Of a stretch of 64,000 nucleotides of DNA, positions 1 to 10,595 are shown piece by piece. The translations under genes were made by a program, and so were the position numbers. The stretch comes from a virus: positions 19,880 through 83,879 of the IMG/VR virus record IMGVR_UViG_3300024261_000014; one strand, 5' to 3'. The notes beneath the pieces are model-generated. The model saw only the letters and a list, made by a program, of their open reading frames with translations, did not search any database and was not told the DNA's origin. The stretch's first letter is position 1, and every line of letters starts with the position of its first letter.

Positions 1-221
1 ATTTCTCTGAAGTTATCTCGTAGTTCACCAATAGTTATTTTCTTTTCATCAACTTGTTCTAATCCTTGATTCAAATTAAAACAAATATCAATAATCACAT
101 TCTCTTTGTTTTCAATCTTAGTTAATGCTTTTTGTACACTAAGTAGATAATCTTTTATTATATCAATTTCATAGAATTGTACTAAACAACCTATCGCAAT
201 CTTGTTGGTTAACTTATGCAT
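1..221 (-). CDS. 5' part of a gene running off the window (possibly glycosyltransferase-like)
   Basis: Hand-translated MHKLTNKIAIGCLVQFYEIDIIKDYL..., open to base 1; the ATG overlaps the stop of the upstream gene; function guessed from context only. Confidence 0.55.
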   Translation of the reverse strand, partial: MHKLTNKIAIGCLVQFYEIDIIKDYLLSVQKALTKIENKENVIIDICFNLNQGLEQVDEKKITIGELRDNFRE

Positions 222-978
222 AATTGTGTTTTACTCTCTCCCACACATTCTTCATCAAAGCATTTCGTTCTTTCTTTTCGAACCCATTAAAATGCCACAC
301 CCAACCTACATTCCATAGTAAATCACTCTGTAATATTCCCCTTAGATGTAATTGCTGTAGGTTAAATCTCTCATCTAAGAACTCTATCTCGTGTTCACTA
401 TTTCGTATCATATAATTGATAGGTGTTTGGTCTGAACCTTTCTTTACAGTCTCGTGTTGTCTCATTCGTATTTCATCTTCATTTTTGTAATAGAAATCCG
501 TAACACTCTTACACCACTCTTTGTGTTTTTTATTCAATACAATAAAACCACAATTAAAATATGTTAACCAATCAAACTTCACATCAGGCCAGAAATCTTG
601 GTAACCTTGAATACTATTGTGTGTCCACTCTATAAAAAATCTATCTTGTATTGCACCGAACTCACCCTTAGATGCTTCAAAGAAATCTGGACAATCCCAA
701 TGTACCATCGTATCAATATCAACTAATGCCACATTATCATATTCTATACCATTTGCATCTAATACTTCCATTGCATGCCATCTCTGCCAAGTAGGTTTCA
801 TACCTGGAACTTTATGTGTTCCATCACCCTTTGGTCGTAACTCATCTTCTAATATAAATAACTCTACACCATTCTTATCACACCAATATTGCCACGATTT
901 ATAACACCATTCAGCATAATCTAATCTGTCTGGTGCATCTATCATTGCAGTCATAAATACTACATTCTTACTCTTCAT
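214..978 (-). CDS. GT-A fold glycosyltransferase (GT8/GT34-like)
   Basis: DxD motif (LVDIDT), YFNCGFIV, SDQTPIN and WHFNG motifs. Confidence 0.8.
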   Translation of the reverse strand: MKSKNVVFMTAMIDAPDRLDYAEWCYKSWQYWCDKNGVELFILEDELRPKGDGTHKVPGMKPTWQRWHAMEVLDANGIEYDNVALVDIDTMVHWDCPDFFEASKGEFGAIQDRFFIEWTHNSIQGYQDFWPDVKFDWLTYFNCGFIVLNKKHKEWCKSVTDFYYKNEDEIRMRQHETVKKGSDQTPINYMIRNSEHEIEFLDERFNLQQLHLRGILQSDLLWNVGWVWHFNGFEKKERNALMKNVWERVKHNYA

Positions 979-1195
979 TAAAAACCTCTATACATAATAT
1001 GTTTTTATCATTAACCATTATCCAAGTACCATCCATCTGTTTAAACTTAGTGAACTGCCCTTGTAACAATGATTTTGATAAGACATGATTAAATGTTCTT
1101 TTCTCACCACCAACAAAATGTATGATTTGTGTTACCACTTCACCTACTGCATTTACTGATGACCTTAAATCTGTATATTCTTTACTACTATCCAT
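968..1195 (-). CDS. small hypothetical protein
   Basis: Overlaps both neighbours in an operon-like arrangement. Confidence 0.6.
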   Translation of the reverse strand: MDSSKEYTDLRSSVNAVGEVVTQIIHFVGGEKRTFNHVLSKSLLQGQFTKFKQMDGTWIMVNDKNILCIEVFNEE

Positions 1196-1808
1196 TTTTC
1201 CTTAACCCTACTATCGTTTGTCCACCCTCTCCTACTTGTGTATCTTTTATACTAACAACTTCAGTATAATAATCAAACACTTTATGATATTCTGGTCTTG
1301 GCCAGAAATCGTGTATGAAAACGATGGAATCTTCATCTATATAATTTAATACTTTGTATGCACAATCTGTTCTTGCTCTACCATCTATGAATACTATATC
1401 AAAATGGTCAACCCCCAAGTTATCTACATAATCTATGTACTCACCCCAAACATATTTATCTCTTGGATATACACAATCATCTAACTTTGGTATATTATGA
1501 TTATCTAAATGTTCTGAAGCATATAGTATATTATCATCATACTTGTTCCAAAATTCTTCTCTATTGGTTGGTACACCCTTTGGTATATCACATAAGTGTA
1601 TTTCTGCGTTATTAAGTTTATCATCATATAATTCCTGTTGTACATTCCAATACCAATCTAAGTTATGTTCTATACTATAAAACTTCTTTACATACTTTGG
1701 GAATATTGTAGTACTACCACCACAACCCCACTCTAACATTACCGAATCATCTTTGCAATAACTCTGTACTAATTCTATTTCTCGTGGATGTATATTAGGT
1801 GTTAACAT
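1188..1808 (-). CDS. class I SAM-dependent methyltransferase
   Basis: MLEWGCGGST (motif I), SIEH, FDIVFIDGRAR, IHDF. Confidence 0.8.
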   Translation of the reverse strand: MLTPNIHPREIELVQSYCKDDSVMLEWGCGGSTTIFPKYVKKFYSIEHNLDWYWNVQQELYDDKLNNAEIHLCDIPKGVPTNREEFWNKYDDNILYASEHLDNHNIPKLDDCVYPRDKYVWGEYIDYVDNLGVDHFDIVFIDGRARTDCAYKVLNYIDEDSIVFIHDFWPRPEYHKVFDYYTEVVSIKDTQVGEGGQTIVGLRKNG

Positions 1809-2335
1809 AATCTTGAAAATGTATGTCTATCATTTTGGTTACCATAAACTAATTCGTAATCGCGTTCGATTGTTTTAAAACTCATACCATTTCGTGATTC
1901 AGCAATTCTATCCCTTGAATCAGAACCACCCTCAAATAGTATATGTTTACCTTTCTTAATCATATCTTGTATAAACTCATTATCTAATATTTTTTTGATT
2001 CTTTGACCTTCGTTATGAACATCTATGTAGAGTAAATCAAATTCTATTGGATTATCAAAGTATGTATCATAACTTTCATTGTAGTAATATATATCATCTA
2101 CGATGCCCCAAGTACCAAAGTTTTTTGATGCACCTTGATATTTTTCTTCATCTAATTCTCGTGAATGTAATTCACCACCATAAGTTTCTTGTGCTTTTCT
2201 CATATAGATTGTTGTAGAACCCCAACCACTGCCAAACTCTATAATAGTTTTAGGTTTATGTTCTATAACATAATCATACATCTTTTCCAAATAACCTTTA
2301 GGATAAGGTGTTGGAAGATTTACATTTGGGTACAT
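1802..2335 (-). CDS. class I SAM-dependent methyltransferase (Methyltransf_24-like)
   Basis: IIEFGSGWGST and FDLLYIDV motifs. Confidence 0.75.
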   Translation of the reverse strand: MYPNVNLPTPYPKGYLEKMYDYVIEHKPKTIIEFGSGWGSTTIYMRKAQETYGGELHSRELDEEKYQGASKNFGTWGIVDDIYYYNESYDTYFDNPIEFDLLYIDVHNEGQRIKKILDNEFIQDMIKKGKHILFEGGSDSRDRIAESRNGMSFKTIERDYELVYGNQNDRHTFSRLC

Positions 2336-3501
2336 TACCAGCCTTTTTTAATAGTCTGAACGATATACTCTCGTTCTTTTTTAGTAACCCACCACCCAAC
2401 TGGTATTGCAATTAATCTTGGTGCAATCCTATCAAGTGTAGGTAGGTTTCTCTGAAATTCCTTTACACAACTATGAATATCATTTCTCTCGTGAACTTGT
2501 GATACCATAATATCGTGTTTCTTCATATGTTCCATAAAATCATCTTTTCTATCAACTAATAAACTATAAATCCAAAACGATGATTTGTGATTAGGTTTTC
2601 TTTCTAATAATTGTACATCTGTTACATCACTCAACTCTTCATCATAGTATTGTGCGTTATCTTGGTGTTTACCAACTATCTCATCTAAATGTTTAAAGTT
2701 CTCAATACCAAGTGTTGCAGCAATATCATTCATATGAAATTTGAATCCCCACTCTTTGATATCCTCTTCACATCTGAAATCTTTCTTATTAGATTCTCTA
2801 TCTATACCATACCATCTTAACAACTTAGACCTATCATATGATTCTCTATCTGGTGTGATTAATATCCCACCATCACCCGTTGTGATATGTTTAATTGCCT
2901 GGAAACTGAAAGTACTCCAATTACCATATGAACCTACTGGTTTGTTATTATATGTAGAACCCATCGCGTGAGCACAATCTTCTATAATTGCTGGTTTAAA
3001 ACCAAATCTTTTTTCTGTGTTCCTTGCAATCATATCTAATCTATCTAAATCGACTGGATAACCACCCCAATGTACAACAAATATAACTTTTGTTTTCTTT
3101 GTTATCTTTCTCTCTAAATCCACTAAATCCATATTCAATGTGTTCTCATCTACATCAACCCATTTTATTTTTAGGTTGTTTGCAAGTATTGGCCAATTGG
3201 TTGCAGTACAAGTTAGTGGTGTAGTTAATACTTCATCACCATCTTTTAAACCAGGCCATACTTCTCTTGATGCACACCCATCAAATACTTCTTGTATTGG
3301 ATTCTTCAATTGATGTAGTGCCAAATGTTCTGCAGATGTTGCAGCATTTACAGTCGATATATAATCAACTCCAAAGTATTCTTTTAGATTACTTTCAAAT
3401 TCTTCTACCTTTGGCCCTTGTCCTATAAACCCACTCTCCAATACCTTTCGTACTGATTTGTGAGCATTCTTGTCCATAAATACTTTAAATAGTGGTATCA
3501 T
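2335..3501 (-). CDS. DegT/DnrJ/EryC1/StrS family PLP-dependent sugar aminotransferase
   Basis: GPKVEEFE, VHWGGYP, IEDCAHAMG, FSFQAIKHITTGDGG (PLP lysine). Confidence 0.95.
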   Translation of the reverse strand: MIPLFKVFMDKNAHKSVRKVLESGFIGQGPKVEEFESNLKEYFGVDYISTVNAATSAEHLALHQLKNPIQEVFDGCASREVWPGLKDGDEVLTTPLTCTATNWPILANNLKIKWVDVDENTLNMDLVDLERKITKKTKVIFVVHWGGYPVDLDRLDMIARNTEKRFGFKPAIIEDCAHAMGSTYNNKPVGSYGNWSTFSFQAIKHITTGDGGILITPDRESYDRSKLLRWYGIDRESNKKDFRCEEDIKEWGFKFHMNDIAATLGIENFKHLDEIVGKHQDNAQYYDEELSDVTDVQLLERKPNHKSSFWIYSLLVDRKDDFMEHMKKHDIMVSQVHERNDIHSCVKEFQRNLPTLDRIAPRLIAIPVGWWVTKKEREYIVQTIKKGW

Positions 3502-4222
3502 CTAAGTATCTCCTCGCTTCCTTGTTCCATAAATCTATGGTTTCTTGTGGTCTTGTTTCTCCTCTACCATAATGGAAGAAGAATGGTTTTTGATTGATTG
3601 AACATTGTTCTCCGTGTGGTAAATTTAAAATGTGTTTTGATTTATCACCAACATATTGTCCTTGCATTGTAAATGATGTATTCTCTAATATAATACAACT
3701 CTCTCTATTCTCTGCTGCTACCTTAGTTATGTTACCACAACTATCAATGTGAGTTGCATCAGGATACAAATCATACTTCTCAAAATTCTCTCGTTTAAAT
3801 ATCATAAACATTTCTCTACATATACTTCTATCAAACCTATTACTCACCAAGAAAACATTTTCTATTAGTGGTAATATATCCTCTGTCCAAGTATCAAGGA
3901 ATAATATATCTGAATCTAAAAAACAAACTATTGGATTGGAAGTATTTTTCATACCCATTGTTAATCCTGCAGAATGATTTATACTACCATCACCAGGTTT
4001 CTTCCAAACACCATTTTGTGGGCCTTTTAATATCTGATAGTTATCCTTATCCTTATAAAGTTCTTTGTATCGTTTTACATCATCACCATTATCAACTATA
4101 GTTACATCAAATGGATGGTCTACGAACTTCTCCACACTTTCAAGTGCGAGTTTTACATACTCGGTATTCTTGAAACTTACTATTATAAAATCTATTTTAT
4201 TTAATGTGTTGACCACTATCAT
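3485..4222 (-). CDS. family 2 glycosyltransferase
   Basis: IIVSFK, IVDNG and FLDSD motifs. Confidence 0.85.
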   Translation of the reverse strand: MIVVNTLNKIDFIIVSFKNTEYVKLALESVEKFVDHPFDVTIVDNGDDVKRYKELYKDKDNYQILKGPQNGVWKKPGDGSINHSAGLTMGMKNTSNPIVCFLDSDILFLDTWTEDILPLIENVFLVSNRFDRSICREMFMIFKRENFEKYDLYPDATHIDSCGNITKVAAENRESCIILENTSFTMQGQYVGDKSKHILNLPHGEQCSINQKPFFFHYGRGETRPQETIDLWNKEARRYLDDTTI

Positions 4223-4940
4223 CCCTTGAATTTGAATTGTAAGTATGTCCTTCTAACCCAAAATTAATAAATGGATTAAGTGATACTACATCACAATCAT
4301 ACACTAATTTTAATCTTTTCTTTACCGCAATTGTTTGTGGTTCAATACTACCAACCCATTTAGAAGCACTCGTGTAGTTATCTGCACTATGCCAATCTGA
4401 TTCGGTATATGTTGGGTCATATAACTCCCCATCAATACTACCACAATCATGTCCAACTAAAATAATATTCTGAGCACCCATATATGCTGCGAGATTTAAT
4501 GCACTCGTAACAGTCGAGCGAGATACAACTAATTTATCTGTACCTATTACTGATAACACCTCGTCGCCCATCTCCGCACTTTTGTTATCTAAGTGTTCGA
4601 AATACCAACCACTTTTCTCTGGTGCAAGATTTGGTTTATTCTTACCATCTGATAAATGAGCAGTATGATATTCTGAAAAAATCAATTTAATATCAGTTTT
4701 TTTAATCTCTTCTACCATTCTGGTAAATCGTGGTCGTTCTCGTAAATCCTTTGCTATCACATAGTTACAAGGAAACTTCTTGAAAACATTATTAACCCCA
4801 ATTACAATCTTATCAGTAAAGAATCTTGCTGGAAAATAATCCGAACTTGGACCAGCACAAATCACATAAATATCTTTACCTTTATGTGTATCCTTAAATT
4901 CCTTTATACTTCTATAATCCATAAACCCTCTTATAAACAA
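4197..4940 (-). CDS. DUF115/MAF-like (MptE-fold) putative nonulosonic acid transferase
   Basis: HKGKDIYVICAGPS, IGVNN, LAAYMGAQNIILVGHD; adjacent to a CMP-sugar synthetase. Confidence 0.7.
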   Translation of the reverse strand: MFIRGFMDYRSIKEFKDTHKGKDIYVICAGPSSDYFPARFFTDKIVIGVNNVFKKFPCNYVIAKDLRERPRFTRMVEEIKKTDIKLIFSEYHTAHLSDGKNKPNLAPEKSGWYFEHLDNKSAEMGDEVLSVIGTDKLVVSRSTVTSALNLAAYMGAQNIILVGHDCGSIDGELYDPTYTESDWHSADNYTSASKWVGSIEPQTIAVKKRLKLVYDCDVVSLNPFINFGLEGHTYNSNSRDDSGQHIK

Positions 4941-5562
4941 ACTCTGCTGTCATAAAATCAAACTCTGTATCTATATCAATACTTTCTATTTCATCTGTGA
5001 TATGAAATGTAGGTTCAACTACAACATTCTTATGTTTGTATAAATCTTCTTTGGATAAAATACAACAACCATAATTTACCGAATAGATATCAGGTAAATC
5101 TTGCGAGTTTGGTGATTCACTTGGGTTATAATTCAATGGTCTACCATCTAACCACATATGATGTTTTTGTGGTGTGACAGTAACAATATTTTTTAAATCA
5201 TTTTCCTTATACTTAGTAACTATCTCTGTAATAGTTTCACTACTTAGTAATGGTGATGTACAAGGTGCATACATAATATCACCCTCATCAACTATCGTGG
5301 ATAGGTTTTGCATAAAATCACTATTGTTAACAATGTTACTTGCAAAGTGTTCATCTCTTTTGTGTGTACTAACATTGTGTTTTTCTGCAATAAATAACAT
5401 TTCATCAGAATCACTCGATACAATTATCTCATCGATACCTTGTACTTTCTTTAGTGTTTCTATTTTTATGTCTAATAGAGTAGAGTTAGCAAAAGGTTTT
5501 AGATTTTTATTCTTTACCCTTTGTGAACCTGCTCTTACTGGTATGATTGCTGTTAATTTCAT
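4912..5562 (-). CDS. neuA: acylneuraminate (CMP-nonulosonic acid) cytidylyltransferase
   Basis: AIIPVRAGSQRVKNKN, CTSPLL, SQDLP, SIDIDTEFDF. Confidence 0.92.
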   Translation of the reverse strand: MKLTAIIPVRAGSQRVKNKNLKPFANSTLLDIKIETLKKVQGIDEIIVSSDSDEMLFIAEKHNVSTHKRDEHFASNIVNNSDFMQNLSTIVDEGDIMYAPCTSPLLSSETITEIVTKYKENDLKNIVTVTPQKHHMWLDGRPLNYNPSESPNSQDLPDIYSVNYGCCILSKEDLYKHKNVVVEPTFHITDEIESIDIDTEFDFMTAEFVYKRVYGL

Positions 5563-5583
5563 AATAACCCTTTAATATAAATA

Positions 5584-6204
5584 TTAATAAATTTTGTAAA
5601 GAGAACATTTTTTTGTCTCTGTTTCTGGTGTTCTCCAATATGTCCACGCGTTTCCGTTTTTATATATATTGTAAATATCTGTGTACATCTCAACATTTAA
5701 TTCACACTCGAACAACTTATGTTTGTAGAAATCCATTTCTATTCGTCTTGGTATTTCGTGGTGTGATGGCCAATGCGTTTCATATTGTAATAAATCTGTA
5801 ATCAATAATGGTTTATCAACCCTCGTGTACATTAACTCAAATAACATTTTGTGGTCTATCATCCCATACTCACCCATTGGATTATGTGTAAATACAAAAT
5901 CACATTCCTTTGAGTTTACACAATCCACAATAGTGTTTTGCATATCCTCTAATGTAGTTCCACGAGTTTCTAATTTATAAAATTCTGATGGATAATCAAA
6001 ACAAGTTAATGGAATTTCATACTTATCACATACTTCTTGTAATAGAAGTTTCCTATGAGCATATTCTTGTCTTACTGGATTATTAAAATCCGTACTACAC
6101 ATTATGATTTCTTTTTCATAATCATCATCTTGGAATATTGGCCAACCAAATATTATCTCATCATCGGGATGTGCCAACACCATTACTACCTTTGTTTTAG
6201 CCAT
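5584..6204 (-). CDS. PIG-L/LmbE family N-deacetylase
   Basis: AHPDDE and THNPxGEYGxxDH motifs; probable start MAKTK. Confidence 0.8.
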   Translation of the reverse strand: MAKTKVVMVLAHPDDEIIFGWPIFQDDDYEKEIIMCSTDFNNPVRQEYAHRKLLLQEVCDKYEIPLTCFDYPSEFYKLETRGTTLEDMQNTIVDCVNSKECDFVFTHNPMGEYGMIDHKMLFELMYTRVDKPLLITDLLQYETHWPSHHEIPRRIEMDFYKHKLFECELNVEMYTDIYNIYKNGNAWTYWRTPETETKKCSLYKIY

Positions 6205-6967
6205 CTTGATTCTCCAAATAATAATCTGCAACTTTTTTATGTCCAGTATGTAGTATGATTACATCATCAATACCCACACTCATATCACAAACACACCATT
6301 GAAATGGTAATATGTAAGGATTAACCCCACTCTTCCATATTGCTCTCCACATTGATAAAGGGCCTCTTGCTGGATTTGTTTCCATCTCGTTACAATATTC
6401 TTCTAATAATTTTCTACCACTCTCACTTTTGGTATGTAGAGCAATTGGTGACATATTCGTAATCATACCATTACCTCGTGTTACATCTTCATTAATATTA
6501 TAATTACCATCCATACCACGAATACCATCAAACCTAACCTGTAGTCTTGGATTCTCAGGAATAGTAACTCCAAACTTTTCTGTTAGTGGTAGTAGTGTAT
6601 TCACTTCACTATTAACTACATACATATCTGAATCCATACATATAGCATAATCCTTATCAGATTCCAACAAACCTTTTACTTTGTAATAATCATTACTTCT
6701 ATTTCCATATCGCTCTTCACCTTTACTTGAAATGTGATTATCCTTGAAAATATTATCAGTAACATTAATTACTTTATAAGTGATATCAGTTTGTACACTA
6801 ATCTCTGTATCTGTATATATTGTTAAACTTACATCGTGTTCATCACTTATATTATCTGTGAATGTAGTTAATGTTGGGTCTAATCGTTGTGAACCATCAA
6901 AAACATTTCCACCCATATTTTTTCGTTCTTCTCCGAACTCTGCCATTACTAATTCTATGCTAGCCAT
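6197..6967 (-). CDS. putative GT-A glycosyltransferase
   Basis: ICMDSDMY DxD motif, YYKV, C-terminal ILH; glycosylation-cluster context. Confidence 0.55.
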   Translation of the reverse strand: MASIELVMAEFGEERKNMGGNVFDGSQRLDPTLTTFTDNISDEHDVSLTIYTDTEISVQTDITYKVINVTDNIFKDNHISSKGEERYGNRSNDYYKVKGLLESDKDYAICMDSDMYVVNSEVNTLLPLTEKFGVTIPENPRLQVRFDGIRGMDGNYNINEDVTRGNGMITNMSPIALHTKSESGRKLLEEYCNEMETNPARGPLSMWRAIWKSGVNPYILPFQWCVCDMSVGIDDVIILHTGHKKVADYYLENQDG

Positions 6968-6994
6968 CGTTTAATATCCTTGTTCTTAACTCGG

Positions 6995-7816
6995 TTAATA
7001 TCGCCATGCTAATCTCCTACCATCTTCATTATCTATCTTTACCTTTGGGTAATACTTTGGATGTAAATATCTGAACACTTCTTGGTCATCTGCCAATTTC
7101 ATATGTTCAGGTGCTTCTGGTGGATGTTGTGTGAATTGTTTATCGTATTTTAATTTCAACGCTTCTTCAAGTAATTCAATTAAGAACTCCGTTTTTCCAA
7201 TCACAACTCCACTATTCAAATATAATCCTTTTTGGTTATCCATATGTGATAATGCTTCTCTTCCCCACTCTCCGTGAAAACCACCTTTGTTTCCTTTACA
7301 AAATGTAGTACTCATAAATAATGCATCACAATCATAACCATAGAATATATCTATAATTTTTTGTGGGTCATCTTGAAAAATAACATCTCCCGCATCACAC
7401 CACATTGATAATTCTGTTTGTTCATTATTTTTTAAATATTCTAAAATCCATTCTTCTTTCATTAAGTGAGAATACATACCATACTTCTCAATCATCTTCT
7501 CGTCCACTATATGGTGGCCACACACGGGTTTCGATACAACTACGGGTGTTCCTATGCCTAAATGTTCTAAATTTCTTTCAAAAATAGTTACCTTTCTACC
7601 ATCTTCCAATTCGTATAATTGATTGTAACGATGTAGTTTAGATTCCGCAGTTCCTGTCTCATCATCAATATAATTGTGGGCAGTTATAAAAGTTATATTA
7701 TCAGGTTTGGTATAAGAATCCTTTTGTACATCATTCTCTATCATCCAGTCCATAATCTCTCTTGCGTGTTCACCCGCGTGAACGATTGGTTGTTTTATCT
7801 CTGAATGTGGTCTCAT
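6995..7816 (-). CDS. PLOD (lysyl hydroxylase)-type glycosyltransferase domain protein
   Basis: CDAGDV, YLNSGVVIG and DDQ motifs typical of the PLOD GT domain. Confidence 0.65.
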   Translation of the reverse strand: MRPHSEIKQPIVHAGEHAREIMDWMIENDVQKDSYTKPDNITFITAHNYIDDETGTAESKLHRYNQLYELEDGRKVTIFERNLEHLGIGTPVVVSKPVCGHHIVDEKMIEKYGMYSHLMKEEWILEYLKNNEQTELSMWCDAGDVIFQDDPQKIIDIFYGYDCDALFMSTTFCKGNKGGFHGEWGREALSHMDNQKGLYLNSGVVIGKTEFLIELLEEALKLKYDKQFTQHPPEAPEHMKLADDQEVFRYLHPKYYPKVKIDNEDGRRLAWRY

Positions 7817-8487
7817 AATCTATCCATAATATATTCTGCAAATAGTTCGTGAGCTTTTTCATTAGGATGGTATTCTGGTTTTAATCCAGCATACTCTAAT
7901 GCAAATTCTCTAAATGTTTCACTTGGGTTAATCAAACTTGGAAACCTACCTGTATCAATATTTTGTATATACAACTTGTTCACTTTATCTAAATCAAACC
8001 CATCTATAATCTCTGCTCCAGTCTGATTCCACATTGTATGCTGTCCACCATCTATTTTGAAAAAGAAATAATTGATATTATGTTTTTTTAGGAATGATTC
8101 TACAACTGATACTTCCCACATAAAATCTAACATATCCTTTTCTGTGGATTGGAACATACCATAGTAATAATATGGAGCATCGTGTCTGTTACCTACTGAA
8201 TTAGGTGTTAACCCTTTCCAACCACCATCGTAATACTCCCACCTTGAAACCAAACTCCACCCAACAACAACATCTAAATCTTTTGTATCTTTACCACTAT
8301 CAACATACTCCATCAAGTAATCCATAGTCTTTCTACAAATTTCTTCATTACCTGCACCACATCTTGCGTGGTTTATAACATTCATATTTCTTGTACTTGA
8401 TATTATAGATGGAAACCTCTGAACTTCAGGATGTCCTAATTCATCCCCAAGAGTAAAACTACAACCATTTGCGTATAATGTTTTCAT
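7813..8487 (-). CDS. SGNH-hydrolase-like phage protein
   Basis: NGCSFT, NxAxxGAGN, HPNxxAH. Confidence 0.7.
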   Translation of the reverse strand: MKTLYANGCSFTLGDELGHPEVQRFPSIISSTRNMNVINHARCGAGNEEICRKTMDYLMEYVDSGKDTKDLDVVVGWSLVSRWEYYDGGWKGLTPNSVGNRHDAPYYYYGMFQSTEKDMLDFMWEVSVVESFLKKHNINYFFFKIDGGQHTMWNQTGAEIIDGFDLDKVNKLYIQNIDTGRFPSLINPSETFREFALEYAGLKPEYHPNEKAHELFAEYIMDRL

Positions 8488-8594
8488 TTATATATAAACG
8501 GGTCTTTTTTCTTTACATTCTGCAATTTCCTTTTAATCTTACGATTCATTCTAAAATCTTCTATCTTATTTAGTATCCAATACCACAATCTCAC
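8484..8594 (-). CDS. small basic protein (36 aa), absent from the ORF track
   Basis: GTG start, MRLWYWILNKIEDFRMNRKIKRKLQNVKKKDPFIYK*; fills the gap exactly and overlaps both neighbours. Confidence 0.55.
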   Translation of the reverse strand: MRLWYWILNKIEDFRMNRKIKRKLQNVKKKDPFIYK

Positions 8595-9589
8595 AATACT
8601 TCCTCTAATATTTCATCCCAATTATTATCATATGTAATACCTCTATCATCTATATAATATTCTGCTCTTGGTTTCTCCCAAGTGATTTCATCTACATATT
8701 GTAATACATCGTGTTTATCCAACCACTCTTCTACTAATTCTATCCCAGTCTTTCCATTTACTAATGGTCTATCAGGTCTACCTTTAGCAGTAAAGATTAT
8801 TATATTCCACTTCGTGTATAATTTTCTTAATGCTTCTAAACTACCTGGTAGTGGTTCTCCATAACAAGTACCATCATACCAACCCTTATCCATATTGTGA
8901 ATAACACCATCAAAATCAACTGCAATATTCTTTTGTTCGTTCTCAAATCCAGGTGGTACATTCAAATTAGATATTTCAGTATTTACTTCTGATTCTATTC
9001 CCAAATCTTCAAATCTTCTTTGGGTTGCTTTATCAGCAATAGTTGGACATTTAAAACCAGCACCATGAATTAATTCATATGTTAATGCAAGTGATAATAT
9101 TTCTGATGTGTGATAATTTATAACATCAAAACTTATAGGAAGAATCCTAACATCTAAATCTTCTTTTGGTTGAGCACTCCACAAACATCCATTCATACCA
9201 ATATCAACAGCATAATTCAACGCGTTTACTAATGAGTTTGATGATGCTCCTGTCGTTGAACAACTCATCCCAATTGCCAAACACTTAGAAGTATCCAATC
9301 CTCGTGTTCTTATCTCTAACCACTTTGACAACCAAGTTTCAAATGATTCATCTGAAATAATTGATGTTGCAAGGATACCACTACCTGGAGCAATAATATT
9401 CTTATCTGTTAATCTTGAACCATCAATTGCTGCGTGGTCAGCTATTCCAAGATTACCACCATGCCCAAACAAAAAGATATGTTCTGCTTTATTATATTTT
9501 TCTTGTAATTTTTTCCATTCATCGGTTCTACCTATACTCTTAAACTTTCTATCAAAATTTTCTATATTAACCATCTGTTTCTTCCTCAT
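8591..9589 (-). CDS. SIS-domain (GmhA-like) fused to HAD-family phosphatase
   Basis: N-terminal FLFGHGGNLGIADHAAID; C-terminal AVDFDGVIH, FTAK, KP, YYIDDR. Confidence 0.75.
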   Translation of the reverse strand: MRKKQMVNIENFDRKFKSIGRTDEWKKLQEKYNKAEHIFLFGHGGNLGIADHAAIDGSRLTDKNIIAPGSGILATSIISDESFETWLSKWLEIRTRGLDTSKCLAIGMSCSTTGASSNSLVNALNYAVDIGMNGCLWSAQPKEDLDVRILPISFDVINYHTSEILSLALTYELIHGAGFKCPTIADKATQRRFEDLGIESEVNTEISNLNVPPGFENEQKNIAVDFDGVIHNMDKGWYDGTCYGEPLPGSLEALRKLYTKWNIIIFTAKGRPDRPLVNGKTGIELVEEWLDKHDVLQYVDEITWEKPRAEYYIDDRGITYDNNWDEILEEVL

Positions 9590-10595
9590 TTATTTCTTTA
9601 AACATATTAACAACATGCTCTAAATAATTTTTCACATCATATACTTTTAAATATTGTTCTCTTGCATAAGTAGTTACTTTATCATTAAGGTTATTAAAAT
9701 CTTCTACAATACCACCAACTACCTCATTTAAATCTGACCAATCATATTGAACTCCGAAATATGTTTTACCCTCTACATACATATTTGGTGCAGTATCAAC
9801 TAACCCCATTGTTGGTTTAACCATTATTGTATTCGTTGCCCATATCTCAAAATCTCTAAAACATATCTCACCCATACCAAATGGTGATAAACAAACTTTA
9901 GAATTATATAAATAGTTAATATAATCTTGATATGGTAACATATCTTTATTAGATATAAAATCAATACTCAACTCATTCCACGCACCCCTTCTATGTTTAG
10001 TATATGGAATATCATTTCTCATTTCGTGTTCATAATTCTCTTTGTGTTCTGCTTGATATATTGCACAAACATCATATGGTTTAACATTTGCTGATGGCAT
10101 TATTAAATCCTTATCAAATAAATGTCCTTGTAAATATCCAAGATTCCATCCACTCAATGCTATTTTTTTCCACTCATCTTCAGTAATATCGTAACTTAGG
10201 TTATTTTCACCTTTACCCCAAAACCATCTACCAAAATCCGCGGGAGTATTATATAATTCTCGTTTTAATAACTGATTCTTTATATAACGCGTTGGGTTAG
10301 TATTTCTCATCACCTCAATACCACCCATCAATGATGTAGAATCTGAACCATCAAACATCATAAATCTACCACCTTGTGTTAGTTTCTCTACATTTTCAGT
10401 TCCCCATTCAATACTATATTTCAATGGTATCTTTTTATTTATAAAATCATGCATACCAATAAACATTACATCAAAATCATCTGATTCAGTTATTTCTACA
10501 CCATAATTTCTAAAATGGTCTTTACACGCCATAAATATTCTAAATGTTGGTTCGTTTCTATCAAGAGTCGGATTTATAACTTTTACTTTTATCAT
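9567..10595 (-). CDS. GT-B-type glycosyltransferase
   Basis: YLYNSKVCLSPFGMGEICFRDFE motif. Confidence 0.7.
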   Translation of the reverse strand: MIKVKVINPTLDRNEPTFRIFMACKDHFRNYGVEITESDDFDVMFIGMHDFINKKIPLKYSIEWGTENVEKLTQGGRFMMFDGSDSTSLMGGIEVMRNTNPTRYIKNQLLKRELYNTPADFGRWFWGKGENNLSYDITEDEWKKIALSGWNLGYLQGHLFDKDLIMPSANVKPYDVCAIYQAEHKENYEHEMRNDIPYTKHRRGAWNELSIDFISNKDMLPYQDYINYLYNSKVCLSPFGMGEICFRDFEIWATNTIMVKPTMGLVDTAPNMYVEGKTYFGVQYDWSDLNEVVGGIVEDFNNLNDKVTTYAREQYLKVYDVKNYLEHVVNMFKEINEEETDG

